A stretch of 63,678 nucleotides of DNA, counting the filler, from Guillardia theta CCMP2712 (Eukaryota > Protista > Cryptophyta), in NCBI RefSeq assembly GCF_000315625.1. It is 4 parts of 4 records of this genome, joined end to end, with 100 filler letters (N's around TTAATTAATTAA, not from the genome) between each part and the next. Parts side by side here need not be neighbours in the genome. Positions count along the whole stretch, not along the records: positions 1 to 29,835 come from NW_005434463.1; 3 more parts are not named here. The stretch is one strand, 5' to 3'. Positions 10,828 through 24,386 of the stretch are shown piece after piece. Position 1 is the stretch's first letter, and each line of letters begins with the position of its first letter. Both the position numbers and the translations under genes were made by a program. The notes beneath the pieces were generated by a model, which saw nothing but the letters and a program-made list of their open reading frames with translations, was not told the origin of the DNA and did not search any database.

Positions 10828-13800
10828 ATGCAAATCTACGAAGTCAAGTGCGGGAACAAAGATGGAGGATTCATGGGGAAGCTTGAGTTCAAGGATGATG
10901 GAGCTTACTGGGAGGCAAGCAGTTACTCCTGAATCGCTCTTGGTCACTGGTGGTGTGGCAGGCAAACGAGATGTCGTATACCGTTAAGATCATGAAAGCC
11001 GATGTTGAGCGAGCAGAATGGTGTGCTCATACTTGGCTCGTGCTGCCAGAATAGTAAGAGTTATATTTCAAGGTGCCGAACGGGAAAGACTGGTCAGCTG
11101 AGATTGATCCAATCGAATGGATCAGTGACAAGGTTTGCCTTGATCGACCGTTCAATCACGGACATGCTCATTTAAGACAGATTCGAGGGATTCGAGCCCA
11201 GCGAATCAAAGAACTTGAAGGTGAAGGCAGATGTGTTTCGATTCTGGTGAATCTGTTGCCAGGAAACCTGTTCCAAGCTTTTCAAAGTTGAACTCAAGAC
11301 AGTCAAAGTATGCCTGCCAGCCACTCGACAGAATCCAGTCTGACATGAAGTTCTAGGTTGATGTACAAGGGAAAAACTTTGGAAAATTGAAGTTGGAAGG
11401 GGAAGAACTGAATTTCCACGTAGAATTATTTTTCTATGCGGTTGCATTTCTCGTAAACTCAAGTTCCAGATCGATGGAAAGAAAGCTTTCGATATCTCGT
11501 TGTCGGACTTGTCCAACTCTCAGGTGAAATGGCTTACTGTCTGTCATGCTGTCGACTGAAGACGATCCAGGTCATTCCGCAAAAAGATGAAATGGTTCTT
11601 GAGTTCAGACAAACGGAGGGCCTGAGCAAGGTAAATGCGAGAAATCAAAAACCTTTACACCGGTTGAACTCATGTCAATCGTGTTTCAGAGACATGAAAG
11701 TCTTATCGAAATGAGGTTCTACGTGCCCCCAACAGAGGGTATGGACGAAGACGATGCTGATGTATTCGCTCCGCACACAACTAGGATGATTCTCTGATCC
11801 GTGTTCAATTGCAGAGCAACAAGAAGGGAGTCGAAATCTTTCATGATAGAATCAAAGAATACGTCTCCAAGGAATCCGGGGGCGAAAAGATCAGTATTTT
11901 CACACAGGTCAGGTGTCGCTCACCCAAGACCACTTTCGACGTTTCTTTGTACTTGAACATCTTCAAGCTCCATGGGTCTTCCTATGACTTCAGCGTCAAG
12001 TGAGTTGAACGAGCTCCCAAAGGCAATCAGACCTCAAAGTATGGCAGGTACAAGCACGTCACAAAGTTGTGCAAGGTCCCGTCTGTGCAAGGAGCTCGGG
12101 TATATGTCGTTGATTCCCGATCGTCACATGAAACGTGTTGTTTGCTCAGGGAACGCTCCTCATCTTGTCGCTGGACCCTCCACTCAGAAAGGGACAGGTG
12201 AGTTGATGGCAGTGAAGCTTCGCAGTGACTTTGGCTCAAGACGATGTATCATCATGTGGTCCTTCATTTTCCAGAAAAGGATGAGGATGACAAGGTCCCT
12301 TGACTGCCAGACTGTCTCATGAATGAGCTTCCGTCTAGGTTCCTGTAACTCTTCCCAAGAACTTCGACTGGAAGGACATTCCGGGCAAGGTTGTAAGATG
12401 GAGTATCCTTCGAGAAAACCTCAACGCGGAAACAGGTGAAGGATGCGATTCAGCCGACGATGACTGGCAAGAGCGTCGACATCCTTGGCAGTCTCTTTCA
12501 GTTCTTGGCGTTGGCGTCCGAATCTAAGTTGAAGGTCGCCGGTCATTCCTTGAGTGTTTGTTGGATTCACTTCATCACTTCACAGCTCTACGAAAAATCT
12601 CAATTCCAATCAAATCGAGACGAAGGTGGACATTGCTGGAATCATTCTATCCTCAAGTTGACACTTTCACTACAGAAAGTTTTGCAGTGTCTGCCTGTAT
12701 TGGTGCATCCAAAGGATATCTCTACTTTCTGGACAAGTGTTTTGTCTTCCTTGAATCGGTAGTTTCAATTTCCTGTTGGCTTGTTCAGGCAAGGTTTGAC
12801 CCGTGCTGTTTCTGTTTTGCTCAGCCACCTCAAGTCATCATGTACGAGCAAGTTGAAACAATCGTGTTCGACAGAAAGGATCAGTTCACACAGGTTTGTA
12901 TCCTATGCAAATCTGATTCCTTGCCTCGTCTGATGGGAGGGTCTGCGAATAGTCAACGACTTTCGATTTCAAGATCAAGCTAGACAATGGGAAGAGCCAG
13001 GTACGAAAGAAAATTTCAAGGAGTTTGTGTCTCATTGGAGATTGCAGGACTTCAACAACATTAACAAGTCCGAGTTGAAGAACATTCGGGGATGGTGAGT
13101 GCTCTCTGAAGGATTGGAAAGTCAGAGGTCAGAAGCCTCTGACTCGCTGGCCCGCCAGGTTCAGGAGTGTGTGCGAGCACATGTTCGACGGCAAGAAGAT
13201 GAGGATCGAAGATGATGACTCAGACGAAGAGGAAGAACTTAAGGTACCCGCGACTCTGATGAGCCTCCGGTCGTGACAGCGCGAGAAGGATGCGGGGAAT
13301 GATGACGACGACAAGCACATCAAGAACCGTCTGGCGGCGGAAGCTGGTGCCATCAGTCGGTCGGCGGTCATAGAGGATGATGTTGTCGTGTGCAGGTCAA
13401 GATGACGAGGATGACGAATCCTCCTCCGAGGATGAAGACTTCGAGGGCAAGTCTGAGTCCAGCAGGTGAAGTCGCTAAGGGTCGTTTCGAGGTTTTGAAG
13501 CTTGTATGTCAGTGAGGAGAGCAGCGCGGATGAGGAGGGATCGAGGTGCGGATGAGCAACTCACAGCCTCGTCCCTGCATGTACTCACTCATGAGCAGCG
13601 AGGGAGAGAGCGACGAGGACACGAAGAAGAAGAGCAAGAAGGTGAAGGGCAGCAGCTGGTCGTTGCCTTCCGCCTCACCTTGCCCAGGCGCCCAAGTCGA
13701 AGGAGGTGAAGGCGAAGAAATCCAAGAAGGAGGAGAAGGAGGAGGTCTGCAAACCGCTGCCCCTGGCTGTGCTGATGTTTGAGGACCAGACTTCAACCAA

Positions 13801-14733
13801 GCGGCAAAAGAAAGATCCGAATGCGCCCAAGAGGCCGAAATCTGCCTGGCTTCTCTTCTGTGATGCTAAGCGAGAGGACGTGGGTTGAGTCGCTCCATCG
13901 GCTGGTGTGCTGAGATGTTTCGACTACAGATCGTCAAAGAGAACCCTGATATCAAGTTCACTGAGGTCAACGGAAAGATCTCTGAGATCTGGAAGAACTT
14001 GTCGTCTGATGAGAAGAAGCCCTTCGAGGTCCTGGCGTCGACCCGCGTCTCCTGCTGACGTTTCTCACTGGACCCCAGGAGGAGGCCGCGAAACTTGCGT
14101 CCAAGTACAAGGAGGACAAGGCCAAGTACGACAAGGAGAACCCCAGCAGCAGCGGTGGGGCCGGCAAGAAGCGAAAGGGGGAGGACGAGAAGGAGGTAGC
14201 GGCTTCGCCCTGCATGTCAAAGTGCTTGACTGCCATGACAGGGGAAGGCCAAGAAGGCCAAGAAGGACCCCAATGCTCCCAAGAGAGGGCAAAACGCGTA
14301 CATGCTGTGGTCGCAAGAAGCTCGTGAGAAGATGAGGAAGGTGAAGAGAGTCGCTGCTGCTCCCCGAGCTCACGACGCGCAGGCCAACCCCGACTTGCCC
14401 ATGAAGGCGGTGATGCAGCAGCTGGGAGAAAAGTGGAAGGAGATCGTATGGCAAGGCTCGTAGCCGTCGTAGCTCTAACGATGTTCCAAGGATGCCGAGG
14501 AGAAGAAGGAGTGGGAGGAGAAGGCTAGAGAGGTCCGACGTGCGCGCGCCTTGGTCGACGTAACGTGAGATGGCAGGACAAGGAACGGTTCAAACGGGAG
14601 ACGGAGGAGTACAAGAAGAAAGGTCCCTCGCTCGAAGAGTTCGAGAAGGCGGGAGAGGAAGACTCAGGTACCACAGCAGACACTCTGACGCTCCTCCTCA
14701 CGCCTTGCAGGTGAATCGGAGGACTCTGATTGA
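10828..14733 (+). CDS. SSRP1: FACT complex subunit SSRP1/Pob3-like with acidic region and two HMG boxes; dozens of short exons; start approximate
   Basis: EMRFYVPP, FKLHGSSYDFSV, LVSLDPPLRKG, IGASKGYLYFLDKCFVFL, QVIMYEQV, FNNINKSE, acidic tract, KKDPNAPKRPKSAWLLFC...ENPDIKFTEVNGKISEIWKNL and second KKDPNAPKRGQNAYMLW...VMQQLGEKWKE. Confidence 0.85.
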
Positions 14734-14851
14734 AACTTCATCGGCCGCACTTGAACCTCCATGCTCTATGTGTAAATGTTTCTACGAGAGCGACAGACAG
14801 ACACGCCGATGCTTCACTGTCATTGCGATAACAAACTTGTGTCCTGTCACT

Positions 14852-15863
14852 CTAGTCGTCTTCGACGTCGTTGATGTCGTAGGGACCAAGCTTCGAATCC
14901 TGCGCCTCGTTTCATCATGCTGGACTCTCAGGGTGAGCCACTCACTTCCCCGCTTCCCGTCACAGTCTTCTTCATCGCAAACTCTGATGGCTGCACGTTG
15001 CCCTGCCGCATCATGTCAGTCTCTTCTTAGCCGCAGCAGGGGCCTGACCGCCTCGATCATCTTCTCGACAGGAGCGTCGAAGTCAGGATGCCTCCTGCGC
15101 TCTCGTAAGCGCTATCAGGTCGAGCGAGAGAAAACGACGAGGGCAGCAATGGGGGGAGCGTTGGGAGTCAAACCTTCGGAAGTTGTCCATGGGCTGCACG
15201 TCAGGAGGCTGCTCGTTCACGTGGATGTTGCCAGCCTCGGCCTGGCGAGCGCATGAGCCAGGAGGAGCTGAGAGGGAGAGAAGAGAGACAGGGGGAGAGG
15301 AAGAAGGGGAAGGGGACGGGGAAGGGGAGGGGGCGGGGGCGGGCTCACAATCTTCTCGAGGGGAGCATCGAAGAACGCGGGCTCAAACACCGGGCTGTCA
15401 ATATCGCCTGCAGGACCGTCAGGTCGCTCACAAGTGGGCTCGGTGACTTTCACCTCCTACAGCAGCTGCGACTCCCTTTCCCTTGACGTTTCCTGCACGA
15501 GCGTCAGCAACACACACATGCTGGGCTTGTCCAGCTCACCGGCCTCGAGCATCTTCTCGGGAGGAGAGTCGAAGTCAGGATGGTTCCTTCCCGCACAGTT
15601 AGCCATGCAGCGGGCGAACAGCATCGCAGTTTACCTGCGGAAGTTGTCCATGGGCTTGACGTCGGGAGGAGGCTCGTTGACGTGGAGCTTGCCGGCTGAG
15701 GCGAGCCTCTCCTCGGGAGCATCGAAGTAAGGATGGTGCCTCTCCTCTCCCTCGGGGTTCACGTCAAACTGCCACGAGCATCAGGCAAGTCACTTGTATC
15801 CTCCGCTCTCCCACCACTTCCTTCCCCATGCGGAGCTGAAGCCTCTTGCTCGAAGAGCAGCAT
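14852..15863 (-). CDS. Hypothetical protein with duplicated internal module (FD[AS]PxE[KR] / HVNExPPDVxPMDNFR), multi-exon
   Basis: Exons encode HHPYFDAPEERLASAGKLHVNEPPPDVKPMDNFR, NHPDFDSPPEKMLEAG, AFFDAPLEKI, AEAGNIHVNEQPPDVQPMDNFR and HPDFDAPVEKMIEA, with canonical splice sites. Confidence 0.65.
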
Positions 15864-16133
15864 GGTGCGGGCGCAGTGTTGCGAAGCCTCAACGACGTGG
15901 AGGACAGGAAGGCAGTTGATGTCTACTCCACTCACCCGTCAGCAACTCTCAGCTCTGCTTCCTCCGCTTCACCTGGGCGAAGCAAGAGACAGCGGCAAGC
16001 AGCAATGCACAGCGCATTCTCGTCGTCTGGAATGCAAACGTGCATTCAGTCTCAGCCGCAAGCGATGCAATCATAGTTCAACACCCATGCATGAGCGCCC
16101 CTTAACCACTAAACCTTAAACCACGACTGTCTA

Positions 16134-16135
16134 TG

Positions 16136-16182
<47 letters not shown>
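16134..16182 (+). repeat. (TGCC)n microsatellite
   Basis: About 12 tandem TGCC units. Confidence 0.95.
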
Positions 16183-17949
16183 TCCGAACTAGCGTATTGC
16201 CAGTCGCAAAGCTTTCCGTCACAAAGATGCTACATGTAAGGATTCATCCCTCAGGCTAGGATATACATGTTCACTCTTGATCTTGTTTCATCATTATCTT
16301 CTGCATTTCTCTTGTATGAACCTCTCTGTTCCAATCTCCTTCCTGATGCCTTTTCCATTCTCTTTGTTCCATTTCAACCCCTGTCTCCATTTCCATCTCC
16401 CTTCTTCATGGTCCTCGCCCTTCATCCTCCATCCACCATCCTTGGTCGCTGATACTTCATCGTCATCAATCGCCATGTTCCATGTCAGCGCATCTTTTCC
16501 TCTTCTCCTTCTCTGTCATCGCCATCTTCGCTTCCGCACCCACGCAGCTGCTTCCTCTCTCATGGCCACCCTGCAAGCCCCCTGCGTGTTATTAACCTAT
16601 ATATCTTCTAATAAAGTATCACTGATGGATCCCATATAACAGATATCTGTTAAAATAACAAAGAATTAAATTTTTGGATTATTGGCTCAAGTCTTTATTT
16701 TATTTAAGTAAGATCAAGGTTATAAACTGCATCCTTGATTTCTTCGTTGTCCTTTAGGAAACATATCCCTTAATAAGTCATATAATGTCTAGGCAATTGC
16801 TCTGATTAGACTATTAGCAACCTATAAAGTTATTTATTAGTCTAATAGACGATATTTCCATCGCCTACGTTCGCCTGGCAGCTTCAATCCTTGGACCTCT
16901 AAGAATATTCGACCAACTAAATATGTGTTTCAAATTATTTGTTGTAATTTCAAATTTAGCATGTACATTTCTGGATTCCTGTTTCGTACATCTGGCCTGC
17001 CAACGATGTGATGCGACCCTTGCTGTGTTTTCAATATATATTTTTGTCTCAATGGAAAAGTTCAAATTTCAAAAAACATTTTCAATAGTACCAACATCGT
17101 TTTGGAAAGGGCTGACCTCTGGGAAATTTCGTTGCAACACTTGGAATATGTTCTCTATAATTTCAAATATACAGGACAAAATGAAATTGACGAAACAAGT
17201 CACAAGAACTAACCCACTCTGACCCGGCATCACTTGAATCGCGTTGTAGTACAAAAACTGAGGCCGCCGGGCCCGGCCCCGGCTCGGAGTGGCGCCGCGG
17301 CGCGGGCGGCCCGGCCCGGACTCCGGCGGGCCGGGCCCGGGGGGCCGGCAGCCGCTGAGCGGCCCGCAGCAGCCTGCCACTGCCCGGCCGGCCAGTGCCA
17401 CGGTCACCGGACGGACTCCCGGCCGCGCGGTGGTACGGTGCCTGTTGCCAGTGGCGGGGGCCCAGAGCCTGGCTGTTCCCGAATCCCGGTCAGCCTTACG
17501 CGGCGCGGCTGCTATCAAACCTATCAGGATCAGTGTGGATTTTGCTTCTTATCATATTCTTGAATCATCTCCAGGCTCTCTCCTCTGTACCGGGCCCCCG
17601 GCGATCCTGTTCCCCTTTGGAATCTGTGCCACGACTGTGTGAGACGCCTCTGTGCCGGGCCAGTCCAGGAGTCGCTTTCAGTGAGTCTCAGTGTGTGTGA
17701 GAAGTGAGAACCGCTTCCCTTTTAGTAGACTGAGAAGTCCAATGTAAGTTCCGAAGTTCTTGTTGAACTGCGCTGACTCAGTGAAGGTTCAACTTGAGAA
17801 ACTTGTAGGTGTGACTCTTGTGTGTGTTTGTGTCTTAGTTCGGGTGTGCTTGAGGCGAATACTGTCTTGAAGTTGCAATAAACTCTACTAGAAGTGCATC
17901 CTTGTCATCCGCTTTGCTCGGTCTCCCGTTTTCAAATCCATCGGCCCAT

Positions 17950-18980
17950 TTCAAAATTATACTCTACTGTCGTGCATTGGAACATGTACCGACATGAGCC
18001 TGCAACAATCTTGATATTTGGACTCAACCTCTCTCGCTCTTCTCTCCTGTTCGGTCTCCTGCTTCCTCATCGTATTCCTCGTTTCCAAGCCGAATCCCAT
18101 CATGTTAGCAACACTCTTGTACAGAAGGTCCTGCTTGACGGTTTCCTTGTACTCCTCGAGCATCCACGAGCCTACTCTCATTTCCTCGATCTTTTCTATC
18201 ATTTCCTGCTCAGAATACTCGTCCAAGGACAGAAGGTCCTTTTAGCTGACCTCTCCCCATCCTTCAAGGAAGTCCTCTATCTCGTCCCCTGCTCTCTTCA
18301 TAGTAAAGTCGCACCTTCTCTCGTTCCCGTCAACCACCTGTATCAGGCTAACAGGACCCGCACTTCAGATCGTACGCACATCACCCTCCATCTCGCTTCC
18401 ATGCTCTTCCATAGCAGGAAACATGTCGTCATTGTCGTCTTCCCTGTCACCGGAGGGCCTAGGATCCAACCCAAACATCCTTCCTTGCACACCTTCCCTC
18501 AAGGAAACGCCATTGCTCATTGAAGCTTTCCCTGCAGTAGAGCATCAGCTGCCCTGCTGGCCCAGGACTTGGATTCAGTAATGCTCGATCGTTGGTGAAA
18601 ATTTTACGATCCTCCCTCTATCCTGCTTGACTAAGATCCAAATTTGTCTCTAACGAGGGAAGGATCTTGGCCCATGCGATCAAGTCCAGCATCTGACTCT
18701 GTCCAAGCAGTTCTTTTCACTGAAAAACCACTTTTGGATGGTGCACCTGTTTCAATTGAAGACGGTTTCGAAGCTGCTCCTCTTTCTTGCGAAGCTGCTC
18801 CTTTTCTTTACGAAGTACGGCTTGTCTCCTCGGATCCTGTAGACCTAAACACATGATCTCTTCCCCGATCTGCTTGATCTCTTTGTCTACCCCTTTGATC
18901 TCTTTCTCTCCCCCCTTGCAGAGCTCGTTTGGAATCCTCCCCTCAAACATGTCGCAGACGACTAGCAAGCTACACATGGC
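17950..18980 (-). pseudogene. Decayed Crinkler (CRN)-like P-loop NTPase gene
   Basis: Across frameshifts/stops: LRKEKEQLRKKEEQLR coiled repeat; LYCRESFNEQWRFL / KVCKEGCLGWILGPPVTGKTT (degenerate Walker A in a WILGPPGTGK context); VGSWMLEEYKETV; ESKY. This order matches CRN-family NTPase proteins as I recall them. Confidence 0.65.
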
Positions 18981-19329
18981 AGGTCACTGGCACGTAGGAA
19001 GCAGCAAGGAACCTGATGGGGCCCAACTCGTCTCTTTCCATTGGTAGGTGATTTCTTCAGGATCATATTTTTATGTGTTCGGTTTTAGAGGGATCTACCA
19101 GAATTTATAGAACTTTATCTTCAACAATAAATATACTATAAAATATCGAGTAAAAGAGTGTCCCGCCGGCGTTTGCTCCATGCCGCCGTGACTGCAATCT
19201 TTTACTCAAAGTTAAGTAACTTACATAAACAATATTTTACTCAAAGTTAAGTAAAATATCATACGGCCCCCAGTTCCTCCCTCATCATAATTGGACGGCC
19301 TCCTGCACCAGGCGCCGATACAAGGAAGA

Positions 19330-20350
19330 TATTCGGTAGGGGTAGTCAGCGACGGTTGTCGGGTGGGGGGGATGGGGGAGGTTCACTCTGGGCTTGTAGT
19401 CATTGAGATCATTATCTGGGAATAATGCAGGACTTGAAGAATATCATACCCTTGGTATGTATGGTAGTATTACTCAAGGTCCCTAAATTGAGTACGAGGG
19501 GGTAGTGTAGGGAGGTGTCTGGACTATATGATAGTAGTAGGCCAACGCGCGCCGTGCCCTGCCCGGCCCCGCCGGACCTCCGGGGATTTCACATTCAGGG
19601 GGTAGGGGTACTCAAGGACTGAATCTCCTTGGGGATAACAGGGGGTGATTTTGTGGAAGTGAGGAGGTGGGGATTAGAGGTACTGCAAGGTGGCGTTAGG
19701 GAAGGGACGCTGCTTTCGTGTCGTCTGTGCGTAGCAAAAGGTTTGAGCGGAAAATGAGGGAGGGGAAAGGATGGCGCTTTGAGATTAGAGACCCACTTAG
19801 TAAATCCTCCCTTCCTACCCCACCCCATATAAACTCTTGGGGTCTGCTAGAAACACACTAGAGAGAATCATGTAGTCACCTAACCGATGCGACTCTCCGG
19901 AAATGACCCCCTACCCTCTTTTATGGGAAAAGTACCGGTGCTGTTCCATTAGAAGAGTTTCGAAAAAACAAGTTTTCGATTGGAAAAGGTTGCAGATACA
20001 CATAAAAAGATTGAAAAGACTTGGTTTCGTTTCTGATTACAGATTGCATGACAAGGAACAAACTGGTAGCTCAACCCCACCCCACCCTACCCCCATCCAT
20101 CAGCACCCCACCCTGACATTGAGAACCCCCTCATATATTTGTATTGGATGAGAAAAGACAGACCACGGGTTCTTGCACCTGTCATTGGTTCAATTTTTGT
20201 ACCCTTTTACCACTACCCCTACCCATCATCCTAGCCCACTCCCAATTGATTCTCCCGGACTACCCACTCTACTCTCTCGTCAGTAGTGTCTGGTCCTCAC
20301 CCTACCCCCCGCTTTACTCGAGTCCTGATATACCTGAATCCCCCCATATA
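19330..20350. repeat. Intergenic GGGGTA-rich then TACCCC-rich block
   Basis: G-run motifs to ~19790, C-run motifs after ~19800. Same motif vocabulary as 9394-10080. Confidence 0.55.
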
Positions 20351-20385
20351 AAACCTTCACTGCCCTGACCGCTCGTCTATCCCCA

Positions 20386-21950
20386 TCAAGCATGCATTTC
20401 GGAGGAAGCAAAGCTGTTCTCTCCCCGGTCCGTCTTCTCTTCGCAAGAGGATTCCCTGTCCGCCTCATCCAGTCCATCTCTCACCAGACAAGCCCCGTCG
20501 GCTCCCAGCCCGCCGAGTACGCTGCAGCAAACCGTGGAACAGAGACGCTGGATTACTCCCGAGAGATCTCTCACCCCAATGAGCTCATGGCCTTCCGAGT
20601 GGTCAACGCGCCTCTGATGAGCAAACAACCATGCAAAGATGACATCATCACCTGGGACGACCTCTTTCACAAAAATGACCTGTATTATAGACAGTAGCTT
20701 GGAATCGGACTCTTTGAAGGTCCTGGTTCCTGCAGCACCGACGAGCCATGGCCTGTTATGCCAAGGAGCTCTATGTATTCTAGGCTAGTAACCATTAACA
20801 AGTTCTTGTCTATCATGTCAATGAACTGAATGTATTTTATCCCTTTGTCTATCAGTTGGCAACACTCGTGGCAACACTCGGTGTTGCCTGCGCTCCGTGA
20901 TGGTGCTGCGGAACTGGGTAGGAGGAAATGTCTGAGAGACACCACAACATTTTGTGCTTGACCTCAAACTCAATCACAATCATCATGAGCATCTCCAGAA
21001 CGAGAGGTTTGCAGAAGGAGACAACTAACGAGTTAACATGATGGAGTACTCACGTTGTAGTGAGCGAGCCCATTGCTTCCGAGCTGCCTTCACGAGGATT
21101 CCTGCCCTACCAAGAGTTCTCGGACCCGACATGATACGAACCGATACAAGTCAACTGATTTTAGTTTACTATCTTTGTCGTTAAAACTACGATCATCATG
21201 GTCCGTTGAGAGCTGGCCAATGCCAACACAGGTGTAGGCCATACACGATACTTGTGGAAAGTGGAAATCACTCCAATGCATATTTCACTGCAAAAGAAAT
21301 GTCAATGTCATTTGCATCGTTGTAACAAAGATCGCTTTACCGAATACGAGACTGTACACTAGGTGGTATTGTGCCAACAGGCAGTTACCAAATCTTCTTT
21401 TCTGTGCTGATGCTGATCTCAGGCTCGGGAAAGTTGTTGGTTTCCATGTAGAGATTCGAGTTGAGTCCCTTGCTCATGGACATCCAACTGACGTCTTTGT
21501 CTCTGCTCTCGCATCGCGCTCTCACCATCCTCGCCATGTCTGATCTGCTCTCCAGGCAGCTCTCAATCTCCTTTACCTTGTCTGAAACCAGCAGGTTCTG
21601 CAGGACCTTCTCCTTGGAGGTTCTTCGCTTGCTCAGTGTTCGGGTTGGTGGCTGCTGCCTGACAGTCAAGCAGCGCAGTGCTAACAAGCAAGCTCACAGC
21701 ATGGATGGATACCAGAACGCAGGACAGCTTGGGAGAACTGAGCACAGCCCGATGGAAGTCATTCAAGCCCTTTGTTAGTGACATGCTTCAGCTGCTGCTA
21801 CTTGAAGAATCAATCTCAATCCTTGAACCAACTTGTACCAGTCCCTACTGAGATTAGATAGCGATATCGCTCGTATGACTTGAAAGGCAGCAGAAAAGGC
21901 AATCAGTAGAATTTGCAACACGATTGCAATGTTGAGAGTACTTTCGATGT
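20386..21950 (-). CDS. Probable multi-exon hypothetical protein
   Basis: Short coding-like segments bounded by AG/GT on the minus strand (e.g. DKVKEIESCLESRSDMARM, GLNSNLYMETNNFPEPEISISTEKKIW). No recognisable domain; boundaries uncertain. Confidence 0.35.
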
Positions 21951-22889
21951 GACGAGTCTGGAATCGAATGTCAGAGGACAAACTGCGGTTTTGCTTTCGA
22001 TAGGTACGGGATGGGACGGGGAGAAGGGACGTGAGGGAGTGAAGGAAACGAAAGGGAGGGAAGGGAAGGAGAGGCAAGAGAAGGGGAGACAATGGAGGGA
22101 AGGGGAGAAGGGAAGGAGCGAGAAGGGCAGGGAGGCAAGGCAATGCAAGGCAAGGAGGGGAGGGGAGGCACAGAGAGCTTGTGCTGCTGTCGCAAAGGAG
22201 GGGGGCGGAAGGGGGAATAGAGTAACAAGGGGTAGGGGTGAAGTCAAAAATTCACTTACGGGGTGGGTAGTCAAAAGTATTGTTACCTCAAGGGATCAAA
22301 AAATCACTAGAAAGTAGGGGTACTTGTGTGTTTTATCAAAGATATCATCAGGGTCATGGGTGGGGTATAATTGAAGATGGGGGTAGGGGTACAGAATTTT
22401 GGTACAGATGACCACAAGTTCGCTGGCCCGGGCCGCCGGGCCGGGTGCTCCGGGCCGCGGCCCGCCCACTCAAGTTAGCATGACAATTTCTTGCACCCTA
22501 GACCCCATGGTCTCAAGTTTTCTAAGTGGCTCTATAAGTAAAATCAGCTATCCTTCTATGTGGAGTCTTCCCGTTCCTACCACGCGCTCCAATGGCGGCG
22601 GCGGCGGCGGCGGCAAGAGGGCAGGTGAAGAGGAGAGGAGGAACGGAGAGATGATGAGGGGAGAGGAGGGAGGAGGGAGGATGGAAGGAGAGGGAGGGAG
22701 AAGAGGGCGAAGAGGAAGGGGGACACGGCGGCAGGAGTGGGAAGCAGAGGGTGGAGGGAGAGGAGAAGCAGGAGAAGACTGAAAGAGAGGATGCAGACAG
22801 AGAGAAAAGGTTTTTGAAATGAGGAGAGCCGTTGTTCGAGATGGAGAAAGATGAAGTGTTGGTTGTAGAACATGATGGAAAGGCGAGGC

Positions 22890-24012
<1,123 letters not shown>

Positions 24013-24386
24013 AGGAGTGGATGACGATGCAGCTGTATCATAGACGGGAGGGAATACCATGAACAAAGGGCAGAAGCAGCCGGGGAGCAGCAGGAAGAGA
24101 GATGGAGAGAGAGAGAGAGAGACAGTGAGGGAGAGAGAGGCGATGCTTCGTTGCTGGAAGAGGAGGGAGAGGGAGAGAGCAATGGAAAGCACACGAGGAT
24201 GATACGAGATGTTGTGAGGTCAACAAGATACGATGACAAGGGAAAAAGTTTACTCTAAACTTCTGTACATCCACCATAGCGACGAGCACTACTTCCCGTC
24301 GCTTCCACCATCTGCCATTCAAGTCAGTGACATATCCACATCGCTCCTGTTGTCTCGCCAGCTCGAGCCCCAGCTGTATCATCTCG

